Shown here in pieces: positions 54,654 to 56,886 of a stretch of DNA of 56,886 nt. The first letter of the stretch is position 1. Every line of letters begins with the position of its first letter. A program made the translations under genes and the position numbers. A model generated the notes under the pieces. That model had not been told where the DNA came from, ran no database searches, and saw only the letters and a list, made by a program, of their open reading frames with translations. Source of the DNA: an uncultured virus (IMG/VR IMGVR_UViG_3300033066_001236) (Duplodnaviria > Heunggongvirae > Uroviricota > Caudoviricetes); IMG/VR virus record IMGVR_UViG_3300033066_001236; one strand, 5' to 3'.

Positions 54654-55136
54654 ATGGATTTAAAGAAAGCTCTTAAGTTCATGGCCGTGGCTGAAGCCAT
54701 GGAGTCAATGAGTAAAGACCCCTCGACTAAAGTCGGAGCGGTCGCCATAAACGAAGACTTCTCGGTCGTCAGCCTCGGCTACAACGGGTTCCCCAGAGGA
54801 GTGGCGGACAGCCCTGCCAGATATCAGGAAAGGGACCTGAAACTCAAGTTAGCCATTCACGCCGAGGCTAATCTGGTAACCCAAGCTGCCCGCAATGGGG
54901 CCAGTCTAAACGGAAGCACCGTTTTAGTAAGCTCCCTCTTTCCTTGCTCTATCTGTGCTGGACTTCTAGTGCAAGCGGGGGTGAAGCGAGTTATCGCGCC
55001 ACCGGTAGAAGTGGAACGATGGCTGGAGGACAACCGTCTTGCTCAGCTGGTTTTCGAAGAAGCGGATGTACAGGTTGTTACTCTAGACGATACCCTCTTG
55101 TCTTCTATCGACAACGGTGCTAGAATCGAAGTTTAA
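54654..55136 (+). CDS. dCMP deaminase
   Basis: SKDPSTKVGAV, GYNGFPRG, IHAEAN, PCSICA. Confidence 0.93.
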   Translation: MDLKKALKFMAVAEAMESMSKDPSTKVGAVAINEDFSVVSLGYNGFPRGVADSPARYQERDLKLKLAIHAEANLVTQAARNGASLNGSTVLVSSLFPCSICAGLLVQAGVKRVIAPPVEVERWLEDNRLAQLVFEEADVQVVTLDDTLLSSIDNGARIEV

Positions 55137-55150
55137 AACTCGTACTAGAT

Positions 55151-55735
55151 ATGAAACCCCTCATAACAATAACCGGGCCTTCCTGTAGCGGGAAGACTAC
55201 CCTGGTGAGAAGACTACTCGCTACCGATCAGTTCTGCGAGGTCGTATCCTTCACCTCCAGACAACCCAGAGCCGGAGAGGTATCTGGCGTAGACTACTAC
55301 TTCAAAACCCCCGAAGAATGTCAGCGTCTCGTTGACGAGAAACAAGCTGCTGAAGCAGTTCAGTTCAAAGGCAACTGGTACGGCCTCACCGTAGCCGAAA
55401 TAGAATCAAAACTCAGCTCCGACAAAACCCCTGTAGTTATCGTCGAGCCCGTTGGCCTCAAGCAGCTTCAAAGCCTGTTTCACTGCTATTCGATATATGT
55501 AGACAGCGACCCCCAAACCTTGTATACTCGCTTCTTGACTCGCCTTTTGCAAACCCCTAACCCCAATATAAGTTATGAGGCTAGTAGAGTGGCTTCGATA
55601 TATCAGGAATGGGAAAAATGGCCGGATCTAGTTAAGACCGACTTGGTCATAAGCGAGTTCGACGAAGATAGCGAAGACGACATAGTGGATATGCTGGTAG
55701 ATCTAAACGGGACGTGGAGAAATGATCAAGGTTGA
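55151..55735 (+). CDS. gmk: Guanylate kinase-like nucleotide kinase
   Basis: GPSCSGKTT, SFTSRQPRAGEVSGVDYYF, GNWYG. Confidence 0.85.
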   Translation: MKPLITITGPSCSGKTTLVRRLLATDQFCEVVSFTSRQPRAGEVSGVDYYFKTPEECQRLVDEKQAAEAVQFKGNWYGLTVAEIESKLSSDKTPVVIVEPVGLKQLQSLFHCYSIYVDSDPQTLYTRFLTRLLQTPNPNISYEASRVASIYQEWEKWPDLVKTDLVISEFDEDSEDDIVDMLVDLNGTWRNDQG

Positions 55736-55916
55736 AGTTTTTCGTAAAGAAGGTAAGGGCACAACTACCTTGATATTTGAGTCCAGAGACACCTCGTCAG
55801 AAGGTCTGGACAAACTGGACGAGGCTTATAACGCCTTGCTGGGCTCTAGCCCAAAGCGCGGAGGTTACTTGGGAAGTAACCGGTTTGAGATCGAAGTTAA
55901 AGATTTAGATCAATAA
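55722..55916 (+). CDS. Hypothetical protein
   Basis: GGAG RBS. Confidence 0.55.
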   Translation: MIKVEVFRKEGKGTTTLIFESRDTSSEGLDKLDEAYNALLGSSPKRGGYLGSNRFEIEVKDLDQ

Positions 55917-55967
55917 ACAAAGGCAAAGAAATACCCCTATTCGTGGTATAATTTGTAAGGACAGACA

Positions 55968-56150
55968 ATGTTGGAAAAATCTAGCTGTTTACAGCTAACC
56001 AGGTCTGAGTATGAACTCATAATCGAGGCGTTCAGGGGGGAAGTAGTTGACTTGGTCAAAATCTCTTCTGTTCTAACCTCTACTGGGTACACCTCAGACG
56101 AAATCGACGAGATGCTGAAGACTGGTCAGTATCGTATTGTAGAAGACTAA
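55968..56150 (+). CDS. Hypothetical protein
   Basis: Follows TGGTATAAT at 55944; AAGGA RBS. Confidence 0.55.
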   Translation: MLEKSSCLQLTRSEYELIIEAFRGEVVDLVKISSVLTSTGYTSDEIDEMLKTGQYRIVED

Positions 56151-56169
56151 CTAATTGAAATAGGACAAA

Positions 56170-56886
56170 ATGAAGAATTTGCAAAAACTAGCCGAACTGG
56201 CACAAGCCCTGCCCGAAACCGTAAAAGACAATGCGGTGGGCTTGGTAGGAAGAATGGGAGAAGTAATCGAAGGTTTCGGTGATGCTCCTCTGGAGTGGCG
56301 TCCCGATACGCTCAAGCTGGTTCAGGGTACCTCCGACCGCAGCAAGCTGCCCAAAGGTGCCAATATCGGCAGTTTTGTTTTAGGTGAAGACCTGGTTGAA
56401 CAGCCCCTGCGAGTAATCCCTATTCGCAGCTGGACCAGTCGCCAATATTGGGACCCCAATCCCGACAACGCCAAAATGCTGTGCAATAGCCCGGATGCAA
56501 AGATGGGCTACCAATACGGTGAGTGCGGCGTGTGTGCTTTCGCCAAGTTTGACGAAGACAACAACAAGTCCCAGTGCAACAAGACCATGTCGTTCCTGTG
56601 CGTGTCTGAAGACCTGACTCGGGTGTTCGTTGTAAACTTCTCCAAGACCAACTACATGGGTGGTGTAGACTGGCTGAAGACCATGAAGACAGTAGGTGTT
56701 GCTCCCTATAAGCGGGTGTACAACATGTCGTCCCAGACTTCTACGAAGTCCAAGAACGTTGAGCTGATCAAGGTTGAGGCTGTGCCCAAGACCGACGCTA
56801 ACTACAAGGTTGAAGGTGCCCTGTTGGCGTTTGTGGAAGAACTGTTCCGCATCTCCCAGGAAGACCGCCAGGAGTCCCTGGTCAAG
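56170..56886 (+). CDS. Phage protein (partial), possibly ssDNA-binding/replication
   Basis: Open to the window end: MKNLQKL...PDTLKLVQGTS...MLCNSPD...CGVC...QCNK. The function is a guess. Confidence 0.65.
   Translation, partial: MKNLQKLAELAQALPETVKDNAVGLVGRMGEVIEGFGDAPLEWRPDTLKLVQGTSDRSKLPKGANIGSFVLGEDLVEQPLRVIPIRSWTSRQYWDPNPDNAKMLCNSPDAKMGYQYGECGVCAFAKFDEDNNKSQCNKTMSFLCVSEDLTRVFVVNFSKTNYMGGVDWLKTMKTVGVAPYKRVYNMSSQTSTKSKNVELIKVEAVPKTDANYKVEGALLAFVEELFRISQEDRQESLVK

Overview
This window is part of a large lytic phage genome. It encodes a GpA-type terminase, ThyA, DHFR, an intein-containing class II RNR, dCMP deaminase, guanylate kinase, a DinG-like helicase and its own sigma70-family factor. 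The host is probably a GC-rich proteobacterium (inference). The left end carries a minus-strand PRTRC-type ubiquitin-like conjugation cassette (Ubl ending GTKG, Prok-E2, JAB, ThiF/E1), and a 422-nt group I intron splits the JAB metal motif. A ~530-bp palindrome with TTGACAAA repeats follows the terminase. From 19 to 48 kb lies an RNA-rich island. It holds 19 conventional tRNA genes, two with group I introns and one tRNA-Thr with a long variable arm. It also holds a circularly permuted (two-piece) tmRNA whose T-loop is interrupted by a group I intron carrying an antisense LAGLIDADG gene, plus several non-canonical tRNA-derived RNAs, including two circularly permuted tRNA modules. Three RNA ligases and a split polynucleotide kinase/phosphatase lie in or near the island. 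A TGGTATAAG promoter-like motif recurs about 17 times. All calls come from reading motifs and base pairing by eye; no searches were run.
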